Positions 48,721-58,335 of a DNA stretch of 64,000 nt are shown one piece after another (within the stretch, counting starts at the first letter, position 1; every line of letters starts with the position of its first letter). The DNA lies in contig JBOEGD010000030.1 in assembly GCA_050633245.1 (NCBI GenBank), positions 1-64,000 on the forward strand, in the 5' to 3' direction. The translations under genes and the position numbers were made by a program. The notes below the pieces were generated by a model. That model searched no databases. It was not told the origin of the DNA and saw only the letters and a list, made by a program, of their open reading frames with translations. Origin of the DNA: Calditrichia bacterium (lineage in GTDB: Bacteria; Calditrichota; Calditrichia; RBG-13-44-9; J075).

Positions 48721-49716
48721 TTAATTGGTTGATTTTAGGCGCCAATAAATAGCTGTAATACTGCTTCCGGCAGCTAGAGTCAGGCTGGTATCGGTAATAG
48801 TTTCATCAAGCATTAAATCGTAAAAAGAAAGTTTCCCTAGTTCACTCCAGCAAAAGTATCTTCCATCCGGTGAAACTGCAAGAGCACTTTCCGCAGAAGC
48901 AAGCGAAGTAAGGCCCCGATTTGACATCCCGCTAAAATCAATTCTTCGCACCCCGCTCGCGTTGCTGGAAAGAACATCACCGTCAACAAGAAAGTATAGC
49001 GGTCCGCTTGGCAGATCTGGGAAAAATGCCGGGTTGATAGCATCATAAACACCACCACTCGTTGAAATATACTTACCTGTTGGGGAAAAGCTGTGAACAA
49101 CTAACTCAATCGGGGAAATTTGGAATTCATTACCAGAACTGAGAGACTTGCTAAAAAGGCCATCATCTTGTGTCCAAACGAGTTGATTTCCCTGTGTACT
49201 AAACAATGGTTGTCGTGAATTCTTGTTGCCGTCACCCGCTATAATAGAAAAGTCGCTATTCACAATGTCGAGCAATCCGATACGAGACGTGCTATCTGTT
49301 CGCGCTGTAAAGGCGACAAGCGTTCCTGCGGCATTAAATGTCAGGCGATCGACAATTTTATACGGAGATATATAATCGTTCGTTCTCCCATCCGACAAGT
49401 TTTCCACACGAATTGTAGAGTCGTTAATCGTATAGGCCGACCGCTGTGCATCAAACGAGATAACAGGTTCAGCGGGAGGGATAGCGGAGGCTGCAATGAT
49501 TTCACCACTCCAATTGCCGACGTCAAGACGCTGCACTTCTGTCGGATTGTCAATAACGGCAAAAACCAAACCTGGTAAAGCTGGTCGGGAGTTACCTTCT
49601 CCCATCCCACTTCTACCAGACCCCGATGGCCCAGAGGAGCTGGAACAAGACCAGAGGCTGAAGACTGCAGCAAGTAAAAGCATGTACAAAAGTCGGCTCA
49701 TCAGCGAATTTCTCAT
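48721..49716 (-). CDS. TolB-like beta-propeller lipoprotein
   Basis: Lipobox LWSC, FSPTGKY and VSPDGRY repeats. Confidence 0.7.
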   Translation of the reverse strand: MRNSLMSRLLYMLLLAAVFSLWSCSSSSGPSGSGRSGMGEGNSRPALPGLVFAVIDNPTEVQRLDVGNWSGEIIAASAIPPAEPVISFDAQRSAYTINDSTIRVENLSDGRTNDYISPYKIVDRLTFNAAGTLVAFTARTDSTSRIGLLDIVNSDFSIIAGDGNKNSRQPLFSTQGNQLVWTQDDGLFSKSLSSGNEFQISPIELVVHSFSPTGKYISTSGGVYDAINPAFFPDLPSGPLYFLVDGDVLSSNASGVRRIDFSGMSNRGLTSLASAESALAVSPDGRYFCWSELGKLSFYDLMLDETITDTSLTLAAGSSITAIYWRLKSTN

Positions 49717-49780
49717 TATTTTCTGTTCACGATTAAAGTTGAATATCGCTTCAAATCATTCTGAATGCCAGATAAATTGC

Positions 49781-51280
49781 CTACTCATTGCGACGATAGA
49801 CCCGATATCCCAACCTCTCTTCCCGTAGCACATAGTTCCTTTGAACAAGTTCTGAAACGACGTTCCGTTGTGTTAATGGAATCCATTCTTCGTATTCACG
49901 AAAGTTGGGGATCAATACCAGGTAAGGCGGGTTCTCCGACAGCTCTTTGCTAAGAGCTCCGACATTGCGGGCTTGTCCACTAAAGTAGCGTGTTGGGGAC
50001 TTTCGCATAGCGTAGGCTTGAACCTGAGCGCCATACCCGGCAATATATACCGTTTGCTCAGCAGAAGTATTTGCATAAACCCATTCTCCCAAATAGCGCC
50101 GCGCAATATCGATTGGCTTTGAATGGGGAACCGGAATAATAGTATACCCTGCAGGATGCCCTCGAATAGCCATATCCAATGCCCAAACGCTTTGCCGAGG
50201 AAGTTCGAGAGCAATAACAAGCACTAGTACAATTAATGCATTAGAGACCTTGTCCATTGCCCAACGTTTACTGGCTATCCTCTCCGTTAGCGCCAGGCCA
50301 ATTCCGGCACTCACAGAAAGCGCCGGTAACCAGGTTCGCAATTGGTACGTTGCGTAATTTCCCGCAATATTCAACGCTATAAATTCCAGTGCCACCCAGC
50401 TACAGAGAAAATAAAGCATGAGTTTCTGCTTCAAAGCTCCAGCGTATACCAAAAGTGCTGCAATGCCGATTATAAATACTACCAGTCGCACGTTTTGCGG
50501 CATGAAGCGGGAATAGAAGATCGTCCAGCGCTCCTGCAAGCTGTTTGTCTTTCCGATAGTTGATGCAGTAAGCAATTGATCGGCTATCTCGGATAATTCT
50601 GCTCCCTGTAGAAACGGAATCAAGAGAAGTAGCAGCGGTATAGCTACCGCACTGCCGAAGATTAACAAAGCTGCCTGCAATCGGTTTTTAGAAATGGACA
50701 AAAAAACGGCAACGAAGAGCACAAGCAGCCCGAAAACGGCGGACTGTTTAAATGCCAAAGCCAAGCCGATTATCAACCCTGCCGCGAGGAATGTTCTCGG
50801 AGAAACAACCCCCTTATTGGCCCCTCTAAGAAGAAGGTACACCGCGAGCGTGCTGAAAAGAACAACGAAAGACTCCGTCTGCGCTGTAAAACGCCACCCG
50901 GCGGCGACCCAGCTTACCGAACAAGCATATAATAAAAAGCTAATTAGCCCAGCTCTCTCATCATGTATCAATCGCGCTATTCTATAGACCAGAAGGCCCG
51001 CTAACGCCAATGCCAGAGAACCAATAATTCGCGGAAGAATAAATCCCGGACCAACCAGAAATGCACATAAGCCAAAGAGCAGAAAGATGGCAGGCTGCTT
51101 ATTATCTACCGCCTCTTTATAGAGGACCAAATCGCCCTCAAGCCACTGCTGCCCCATGTAGGTCCAATGCGCTTCATCGTAAGACAACCCAATATGTCCG
51201 TTGGCAAATGATAGAAGAAGCAAGTAGAGAAAAAGCAACACGGTGAGTATTGGGATGCGGTAGGGAATGGCATTTTTCAT
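49781..51280 (-). CDS. Glycosyltransferase family 39 (ArnT/PMT-like, GT-C)
   Basis: YDEAHW, LYKEAVDNKQP, TESF, LAFKQ; many TM segments. Confidence 0.82.
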   Translation of the reverse strand: MKNAIPYRIPILTVLLFLYLLLLSFANGHIGLSYDEAHWTYMGQQWLEGDLVLYKEAVDNKQPAIFLLFGLCAFLVGPGFILPRIIGSLALALAGLLVYRIARLIHDERAGLISFLLYACSVSWVAAGWRFTAQTESFVVLFSTLAVYLLLRGANKGVVSPRTFLAAGLIIGLALAFKQSAVFGLLVLFVAVFLSISKNRLQAALLIFGSAVAIPLLLLLIPFLQGAELSEIADQLLTASTIGKTNSLQERWTIFYSRFMPQNVRLVVFIIGIAALLVYAGALKQKLMLYFLCSWVALEFIALNIAGNYATYQLRTWLPALSVSAGIGLALTERIASKRWAMDKVSNALIVLVLVIALELPRQSVWALDMAIRGHPAGYTIIPVPHSKPIDIARRYLGEWVYANTSAEQTVYIAGYGAQVQAYAMRKSPTRYFSGQARNVGALSKELSENPPYLVLIPNFREYEEWIPLTQRNVVSELVQRNYVLREERLGYRVYRRNE

Positions 51281-51304
51281 ACAATTTTGGCCATTTTTTT
51301 AACG

Positions 51305-51475
51305 CCAAACTGGAGCATTGTTAGAATGGAGCAGTCTTGGGAGTTAAAGCGTTCGTACTTTATTAGAAAAAAAGAAGCAAATTTTGAATTGTTTTTTTTC
51401 TCTGCCCAAACTGGAGCATTGTTAGAATGGAGCAGTCTTAATTAGAAAAAAGATCTAAAATTTTGGACTTTTTTA
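51305..51475 (+). repeat. Modular repeat element, locus 4: tandem doublet with 101-bp spacing
   Basis: CCAAACTGGAGCATTGTTAGAATGGAGCAGTCTT twice (cores 51311-51336 and 51412-51437); linker aligns with 5861-5932. Confidence 0.92.
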
Positions 51476-51499
51476 ATTTTGCCTTTTTTAGATAAAAAG

Positions 51500-53008
51500 T
51501 TAAAATCCCTCGATTTCTGGTTGACGATAACGCAGCCAACGACTTTGCAAAACACGCAGCTCATAGGGTTTCCAAAACCAGTTTAGCTTATATCGCAAGT
51601 TCGATAACATTCGCATCGTTTTACGCTGGAAATCCGTCAGTTTAATATCTGAGGCAGTAGGATAATATGCATTCAGCACTGTCTCAAAATTCATGATCTT
51701 GTCGACCATTTCCGCAGTAAGCCAAGGAGTCATTGGGTTCTTACGCAAGTCAAAGTTCTCCCAGCGTGGATTAATCCAATCATCCAGCGTTTGTGGAAAC
51801 TCGAATCCGCTATCTTTAACGCTTTCGTAAAGTTCAGAGCCTTCGGTTGGAACCGGACTGTACACATATATTATTATCTCCGTTGCCGGATTTATTTCCT
51901 TTACTTCCTTAATGAAATTGATATCTTCATCAATTTGTTTCATTACCTGTTCCGGGGTGTCCCCCGGGGTACCTAAAACGAAAGAATATTCTGGTACAAT
52001 ATCAAACTTTGCCATTCGTGCTGCGAAGTCTTTAATCTGCTGTCCGGTTTGCGTTCCGCCTTTATTCATACGCTTAAGCACTTCATCGCTACCTGTTTCC
52101 GCACCAAAAAAGATCATTTTACAGCCAGCGTCACGCAGAATGGACAAAGATTCATCAGAGTATTTGCTCATTGTATCGATACGAGCTTCGCCCCACCAAA
52201 CCATATTTTCTGGTTGAATGAGCTTTGAAAAAGCTACAGTGCGCTTTTCTGATACAAAGAAATTGTTATCGTGAAACTCAATAGCATTCGCACCATAGTT
52301 GTCTTTTAAGAACTTTGCGTCATTATAAATACTCTCTGCGGACTTGCCACGCCAGCGAGCGTTGTAAATAGGAACAACTGCACAGAATGAACAGGTGAAC
52401 GGACAACCAACGCTGGAATGATAGGCCGCCGTCTTACTCCCCAAATAGGTATTGCCCAAATAGTCGTTCATGGAATATGTGGAATGCAGTTTTTTATAGG
52501 GTAAACGAGGCAACTTGTCCTGATCCAGCAGCGGCTCTTTGGGCGTACGGTGAAGGGTTCCATCTTTCAAAAAGATCAAATTCTGAATGTCTGCCGGGGA
52601 TTTACCTGCATCCAAGACTTCCAAGAGCGCGGGAAATGTAACGTCACCCGGGCCAGCGACCACGTAGTCGACATACCTGGATTCCAATACAACCTTACAT
52701 TGATTAGTAGCAAAATACCCGCCCCAAATAATAGTAATGTCCGGATAAGCTTGCCTAATGCGCTTTGTAAATGGAATCGCTTCTTTCAGCTGTTGTGCCG
52801 GCATCGTAGTACAGGCAAAGTATCGAAACTTACCGCTATCCAAATAAGTTGTCAGCGTTTGCCAGGGATCTGTTTCACGATTTCCATCGACAAAAACATA
52901 TTCGAAGCGGCCTTCCAATGCAGCTCCCAGTTGCAAAATAGTATTAGGAATTCGATATTTTGAATTTGCGCTGCGCGGATTAAAAAGGATTACACCGTTA
53001 TCAGACAT
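51500..53008 (-). CDS. B12-binding domain radical SAM protein
   Basis: IIWGG B12-binding domain, GCPFTCSFC (CxxxCxxC), FHDNNF, FFGAETG. Confidence 0.92.
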   Translation of the reverse strand: MSDNGVILFNPRSANSKYRIPNTILQLGAALEGRFEYVFVDGNRETDPWQTLTTYLDSGKFRYFACTTMPAQQLKEAIPFTKRIRQAYPDITIIWGGYFATNQCKVVLESRYVDYVVAGPGDVTFPALLEVLDAGKSPADIQNLIFLKDGTLHRTPKEPLLDQDKLPRLPYKKLHSTYSMNDYLGNTYLGSKTAAYHSSVGCPFTCSFCAVVPIYNARWRGKSAESIYNDAKFLKDNYGANAIEFHDNNFFVSEKRTVAFSKLIQPENMVWWGEARIDTMSKYSDESLSILRDAGCKMIFFGAETGSDEVLKRMNKGGTQTGQQIKDFAARMAKFDIVPEYSFVLGTPGDTPEQVMKQIDEDINFIKEVKEINPATEIIIYVYSPVPTEGSELYESVKDSGFEFPQTLDDWINPRWENFDLRKNPMTPWLTAEMVDKIMNFETVLNAYYPTASDIKLTDFQRKTMRMLSNLRYKLNWFWKPYELRVLQSRWLRYRQPEIEGF

Positions 53009-53183
53009 AGCTACTCATCCAATGCTAAAAATTTATGACAAAGTACATTACAGCTCTAATATTACAGATAACTGTTAAAAGAATAGTAGGATATATTTCA
53101 AAATATTCAAAACAAGGTCAATTTTAGTTGACGTTCAAAAAGAATCCGTTCTCAAAATTGCCATATTTTGATCAAATTCCTAT

Positions 53184-53358
53184 AAGACTGCTCCATTCTA
53201 ACAATGCTCCAATGTTTTTCGGATTTCAGCGACAACATGCAAACAAGCAGATTTCACCAAGTATTGATCAGTTTGGAACGGACTGGAATAGTTTTGCTCA
53301 GAGTGGATCAGTTTTAAAAACTGCTCCACTTTCCAAGAACCTATAAAACTGCGCCGTT
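53184..53358 (-). repeat. Modular repeat element, locus 5: core, palindrome and half-site
   Basis: Core 53186-53211; AGTGGATCAGTTTT-A-AAAACTGCTCCACT at 53302-53330; AAAACTGCGCC at 53345-53355. Same order as locus 1, on the opposite strand. Confidence 0.88.
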
Positions 53359-53528
53359 CTATAAAAGCAAACTTTCATGTAAAAGTACCGTATCTCTTAA
53401 CACAGCACAAAGCGGGTATTTAGCGGTTGCAGATACGCACATTTTTTTTTACCTTTTTGAGTACATCAACCTGTTTGTGAACAGTCGTTGATACCCCGCG
53501 TGAGATGTGAATAACAGGAGCAAATCGC

Positions 53529-53972
53529 TTGAAAGAGTTTCATTTCAGCCAGGAAGATATTAACACAATCAGCAAGGTACTTGGTGTCGAACCTGTAAAG
53601 AGAGCCGACAACTATCGCTTTGTTATAGAAAACACCCCTGAGAAGCGCCAAATTTCTGTGGAAATTTATCCGGATATTCCCATCGGGGATGAGAACGGTA
53701 ACCTGATCTCAATCTATACCATGAACTCACATATTCAACTGCATTTTTGCACCGGCTTTATCCCAAGTGAATCGCTCGGCGAGGTCGTTTTCATTAGCGA
53801 ATACCAAGGTCGCGTTTCCGGACTCATTGTTGAAAAAGGCGCCGGTTGCTCACTTTATGCCAACTTAAACAACAGCATTCTCTCCGGAGATTTCACAAAA
53901 ATGGCTCCTGAAGTAATGATGTCCGGTATTGCCCTGTCGGTAGCAGAACACCTGATTCCCGACGCCGAGTAA
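53529..53972 (+). CDS. Hypothetical protein
   Basis: TTG start with SD AGGAG; first gene of the MBL-xerD operon. Confidence 0.75.
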   Translation: MKEFHFSQEDINTISKVLGVEPVKRADNYRFVIENTPEKRQISVEIYPDIPIGDENGNLISIYTMNSHIQLHFCTGFIPSESLGEVVFISEYQGRVSGLIVEKGAGCSLYANLNNSILSGDFTKMAPEVMMSGIALSVAEHLIPDAE

Positions 53973-53974
53973 AC

Positions 53975-54598
53975 ATGAAAATCCACAAAATGACGCTCGG
54001 CCTCTTCGCGGTCAACAACTACCTCATTCATTCTGAGAACTCCCGCAAAGCTATTCTTATAGACGCTTGTGAAGACTATCCATCCATCCTGAATACGATT
54101 TCAGAAAACAATCTTGAACTCGTTTATTTAATAAACACACATGGCCACGCCGACCACATGGCCGGTAATCGCGCCATTCTTGAGGCAACCGGAGCAAAGC
54201 TGCTTGCGCATCCGAAGGCGGTATCCCTACTGCTCGATCCCAAACTAAATCTCTCGGTTATGATGACTCCGGTTACATCACCAGAACCTGACAGGCTTTT
54301 AGAAGAGGGCGACAGCGTTACTCTTGATGATATTCATCTTAATGTTCTGTTCACTCCCGGACACGCTCCCGGACATATTTCACTAATCGGCGATGGACTG
54401 GCATTCAGCGGCGACGTGATTTTCAATGGCTCTATTGGCCGAACAGACTTTCCCGGATGTTCCTACGCAGACCTTGAACGTAGCATTCGAGAAAAAATAT
54501 ACACGCTACCTGACGCTACTATTCTCTACAATGGACATGGGCCGGAAACAACAGTCGGACATGAAAAAGCAACCAATCCATTTGTCCGCCCAGAATAG
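53975..54598 (+). CDS. MBL-fold metallo-hydrolase (glyoxalase II-like)
   Basis: THGHADH, TPGHAPG, FSGDVIF..GRTDFPG, GHGPETTVG. Confidence 0.92.
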   Translation: MKIHKMTLGLFAVNNYLIHSENSRKAILIDACEDYPSILNTISENNLELVYLINTHGHADHMAGNRAILEATGAKLLAHPKAVSLLLDPKLNLSVMMTPVTSPEPDRLLEEGDSVTLDDIHLNVLFTPGHAPGHISLIGDGLAFSGDVIFNGSIGRTDFPGCSYADLERSIREKIYTLPDATILYNGHGPETTVGHEKATNPFVRPE

Positions 54599-54622
54599 CA
54601 AAACGCTTCGGGAAACGTCCGC

Positions 54623-55519
54623 ATGGCTATTAACTGGAAACGCCAGACAGAGAACTTCTACAACTATCTGACTCTAGAAAAGAATCTTTCCCATAATACA
54701 CTCGTCTCGTATGAGAACGATTTAAAGCGCTACGTCGAATTTCTTGAAGAACACAAGATTGCAACGATTGAAGACGTGACTCCACGTTTTATTGAGAGCT
54801 TCACGATTCTACTGACCGATTTAGGCCTGTCTTCGAACAGTGTAGCACGCAATTTTTCTGCTATTCGCTCTTTTCATAAGTATTTAGTGCTGGAACGTCA
54901 AACCGAACGCGATCCCACAGAACTGCTGGAAACACCACGTCTGAGTCGGAAATTACCGGAAGTGCTCTCCATTGATACGGTTTTGGAAATTTTAGAGGCA
55001 CCAGACACCGAAAGTGACTTCGGGGTACGCGACAGAACAATGCTGGAGGTAATGTACGGCGCCGGACTGCGCGTTTCCGAAATAATAGCAATGCGAGTTG
55101 AGGGAATTCTTTTTGACGATGATTTATTAAGAATTGTTGGGAAGGGTAATAAAGAGCGTATTGTGCCGATTGGCGAGCAAGGCATGGCATGGTTAAGACG
55201 TTATGTGATTGAAGTACGGCCGGGAATGACAAAGGGTCTTGGAAGCCACGTGTTCTTAAACCGCTTCGGTCGGTCGCTTTCGCGGATGGGCGTTTGGAAC
55301 ATTGTCAGGAAGTACGCGCTGGAAGCAGCTGTTTCCCAACGCGTATATCCACATATTTTTCGCCACTCCTTTGCCACTCATCTGCTGGAAAATGGTGCAG
55401 ACTTGCGAGCCGTTCAGGAAATGCTTGGCCACTCGGATATTTCCACGACGCAAATCTATACGCATGTGTCCCAAAGCTACCTAAAGCAAATCTATAAGGA
55501 TTTTCACCCCAGAGGCTAG
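54623..55519 (+). CDS. xerD: Site-specific tyrosine recombinase XerD
   Basis: RDRTMLEVMYGAGLRVSE, GKGNKERIVP, HIFRHSFATHLLENGADLRAVQEMLGHSDISTTQIY. Confidence 0.9.
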   Translation: MAINWKRQTENFYNYLTLEKNLSHNTLVSYENDLKRYVEFLEEHKIATIEDVTPRFIESFTILLTDLGLSSNSVARNFSAIRSFHKYLVLERQTERDPTELLETPRLSRKLPEVLSIDTVLEILEAPDTESDFGVRDRTMLEVMYGAGLRVSEIIAMRVEGILFDDDLLRIVGKGNKERIVPIGEQGMAWLRRYVIEVRPGMTKGLGSHVFLNRFGRSLSRMGVWNIVRKYALEAAVSQRVYPHIFRHSFATHLLENGADLRAVQEMLGHSDISTTQIYTHVSQSYLKQIYKDFHPRG

Positions 55520-55533
55520 CAAATTAGAGCGCC

Positions 55534-55743
55534 TTACTTTTCAGAGACCGGGCAGGTATTTAAACCAACTACTGCATACAGAGGACAAAAGTTAACAACG
55601 CTGGTTACAACTAGTACACCGGCAAATACAATTCCAACAAGTCCGACCATTCCGGTAATCGTATTCGTAAAATAAAGTGCTACAATTATTGCTGCTGCTA
55701 CGAGCCGCACAATTTTATCGGTAGATCCAACATTCTTCTTCAT
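55534..55743 (-). CDS. DUF2892/YgaP-like membrane protein
   Basis: MKKNVGSTDKIVR...FCPLY..GLNTC; SD GAGGA. Confidence 0.9.
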   Translation of the reverse strand: MKKNVGSTDKIVRLVAAAIIVALYFTNTITGMVGLVGIVFAGVLVVTSVVNFCPLYAVVGLNTCPVSEK

Positions 55744-55759
55744 AGTAAAAGTCCTCACT

Positions 55760-55858
55760 TTAGTTTAATACGTACTGCAGAAAAGAAACGATTGCATAAA
55801 CAATTCCCAAACAAAGCACGCAAACCAAAAGCAGCTTGGAAAGGATTTTTTTGTTCAT
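55760..55858 (-). CDS. Candidate 32-aa single-TM small protein (not in ORF track)
   Basis: Hand translation MNKKILSKLLLVCVLCLGIVYAIVSFLQYVLN*; stop abuts the SD of the DUF2892 gene. Confidence 0.5.
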   Translation of the reverse strand: MNKKILSKLLLVCVLCLGIVYAIVSFLQYVLN

Positions 55859-55944
55859 GTTAAATCGCCACTTGCTTTGATTAATAGTGCTTATCTATGG
55901 GAAATCTAACTAAAGTGGGGATAAAAACAGTGTAACCTTGTTAC

Positions 55945-56607
55945 CTAACGATCACTTTTACATAGGTTCTTTAATACCGCTCGATCAACAATGGTTATCT
56001 TTCCACGTTGCTGCCGCACAATCCCAGCCTTGGAAAACTGCTCAAGAACCCGACTGATTGCAACCCGCGAGGAGCCTAATTCACGGGCAAGCTCTGCATG
56101 CGTCACTTCAACCACCATATTTGTTGGCTGCATCAATGAAAGCAGATAATGCGCGATTCGCGAATCGAGACGTTGAAACGCTATTTTTTCCAGCGTTGTT
56201 AAAATTTCGGTTAGCCGAACAGACATGCTGGCAAACAAAAATTCACGCCATACATCATACCGGGCAACCCAATCGCGTAATAAGTCGGCGGGGATTAGCA
56301 CAGCCTGAACGTCCGATTCTGCTGTTGCAAAAGCGGGAAACATGTTGTGGCTTAACAGACAGAATCCCGTAAGAATACAGCTCTGCTGCCTGGTAACATG
56401 ATAGAGCGTGATTTCCCGCTCGGTATCGCCGGGCTTATAGACGCGAATATTTCCAGATATCACAATAAAAAAGTGCGTGCAGCTGCCGCCTTCATAAGCC
56501 AAAATTTCACCGGCCTTCCAGGACATTGAAATAGAATTTTTTTCGAAAAGTTCGACGATGTTATCAGGGGCGTTTTGGAGGAACTGTGGTAAAAATGCCG
56601 TGTCCAT
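55945..56607 (-). CDS. Crp/Fnr family transcriptional regulator
   Basis: REITLYHV...SCIL, AFQRLDSRIA, THAELARELGSSRVAISRVL. Confidence 0.92.
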   Translation of the reverse strand: MDTAFLPQFLQNAPDNIVELFEKNSISMSWKAGEILAYEGGSCTHFFIVISGNIRVYKPGDTEREITLYHVTRQQSCILTGFCLLSHNMFPAFATAESDVQAVLIPADLLRDWVARYDVWREFLFASMSVRLTEILTTLEKIAFQRLDSRIAHYLLSLMQPTNMVVEVTHAELARELGSSRVAISRVLEQFSKAGIVRQQRGKITIVDRAVLKNLCKSDR

Positions 56608-56619
56608 AGGTCATTCTCT

Positions 56620-58335
56620 TCAACTTTGGTTCTGTTTTTCAGACTGTTTCTGAAAATAAGCAACCGCTTCCTGCTTACTATAAAAGAATTTCTCTTCACC
56701 AAGTTTTTTAAAGAAACCAGATCGCTGCATTACGTCGCGCACCTGACCACGCACATTACTAAACCACAAGTCTATGCCTTTATTTGCCAAGGTATCTGCA
56801 ATATCATGCAGTGCAGCCGCGGCGGAAGAATCCAGATCGCTGATGCCACCACCATCAAATAAAAATATTTTTGCATCGCTATGCGTTGCCAGACAGCGTT
56901 CCAGCCTATCTCGCAGGTAAGAAATATTCGCAAAATAGAGCGCGGCATCTATGCGAAAAATAATCAATCCGTCAAATTCTTTTGCTTCCTGAAATCGTTC
57001 AATATTGCGATACACTTCCGTCCCGGGAATCCGACCCAGCGTCGCTGTAAAGGGATGCACCGATCGATGGATCACAATTACAAGTGAAGCAAGAATGCTT
57101 AATAAGATACCAACATCAACACCTAAAACCAATGTCGAGACGAATGCAAATGCGAGCACCAGAAAATCTGAACGACGCACTCGATAAATCTGTAGCGCAG
57201 CACGATAGTCGATAAGTCCACTTACTGCAACAATAATGATAGCTGCCAATGCGACCTTCGGCAGATAATAAAACAGCGGCGTTAAAACCAAAAGCGTCAG
57301 AGCAATAACCGCGGCAGTTATAATTGCCGATACCGACGTTTTAGCACCGGCATCAGCATTTACTGCACTGCGCGAAAAACCACCAGCCACTGGAAAGCCC
57401 TGAAAGAAACCTGCTGCCAGATTAGCCAGGCCAAGTCCAATCAACTCCTGATTTGCATCAATTTCATCACGCTGCGAAACAGCAAGTCTTTTTGCCATTG
57501 CTATCGAGGCCATATAGCCAATAAGCGCAATTGTAATTGCAGACGTCAATAAACTCTGTATTACGACAAGCGTCAACTCTGGAAGCGCAAATGTGGGTAA
57601 TCCTTCCGGAACAGTGCCGACAATTTTTACCCCCTGCTCCTGTAGCTGAAAGATGCTAACGGCAAAGATTCCCAGTAGAACAACCAGTAAGGCTCCGGGA
57701 AAACGTTTTCTTATTTTTGAAAAGGCAAGAATGGCAATGCAAGATATTCCTAAAAGAAGAGTAAGAAAATGCGTTTGGCTTAAATGTATAATCACGTACC
57801 ACAACGTCTTATAGAAACGTGGCTCTGAGGGTGTTGAAAAACCAAAAACATGCTGAAGTTGATTGACTGCAATAATAAGCGCGGCAGCCGAGGTAAATCC
57901 ACTAATCACGGGGTGGGACAAAAAATTGACTAAATAACCAAGTCGTGCAATTCCCATCAGCAACTGAACTGCACCAACCATTAGGGCCAGAATAAGAGTT
58001 AGCGCAAGATATTCAGCAGTTCCGGTCTCCGCATGCTTACTAACACCGGCGTAAACGAATAAGGCAACAAGTGCTACCGGCCCGACAGAAAGATGCCGCG
58101 ATGTTCCCATCAATGCATACACGATCATCGGAAGGGTTGAAGCATAAAGCCCCACAATCGGCGGCAAACCTGCCAACAATGCCAGTGCCATACCTTGCGG
58201 GATGAGCATTATGGCGACGGTTACTCCTGAAAACGCGTCGCTGCGCAAATGTTGAAGCGAATAGTTCGGAAGCCATCTCAGGAAGGGGAATAATGATTTC
58301 AGAAGCGTCTGGCGCTTTGCATCCGGTTGTTTCAG
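56620..58335 (-). CDS. SulP family sulfate/anion permease with STAS domain; probable CTG start at 58335
   Basis: LIPQGMA, GTSRHLSVGP, NQELIGLG, GGFSRSAVN, STAS domain; in-frame upstream FPFLRWLPNYS typical of SulP N-termini. Confidence 0.9.
   Translation of the reverse strand: MKQPDAKRQTLLKSLFPFLRWLPNYSLQHLRSDAFSGVTVAIMLIPQGMALALLAGLPPIVGLYASTLPMIVYALMGTSRHLSVGPVALVALFVYAGVSKHAETGTAEYLALTLILALMVGAVQLLMGIARLGYLVNFLSHPVISGFTSAAALIIAVNQLQHVFGFSTPSEPRFYKTLWYVIIHLSQTHFLTLLLGISCIAILAFSKIRKRFPGALLVVLLGIFAVSIFQLQEQGVKIVGTVPEGLPTFALPELTLVVIQSLLTSAITIALIGYMASIAMAKRLAVSQRDEIDANQELIGLGLANLAAGFFQGFPVAGGFSRSAVNADAGAKTSVSAIITAAVIALTLLVLTPLFYYLPKVALAAIIIVAVSGLIDYRAALQIYRVRRSDFLVLAFAFVSTLVLGVDVGILLSILASLVIVIHRSVHPFTATLGRIPGTEVYRNIERFQEAKEFDGLIIFRIDAALYFANISYLRDRLERCLATHSDAKIFLFDGGGISDLDSSAAAALHDIADTLANKGIDLWFSNVRGQVRDVMQRSGFFKKLGEEKFFYSKQEAVAYFQKQSEKQNQS

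Noticed and set aside
55838-55865. dif-like site near xerD (TCATGTTAAAT resembles the XerD arm TTATGTTAAAT)
   Set aside because: The position of the XerC arm (GGAAAGGATTT) does not resemble the consensus and gives no inverted symmetry.
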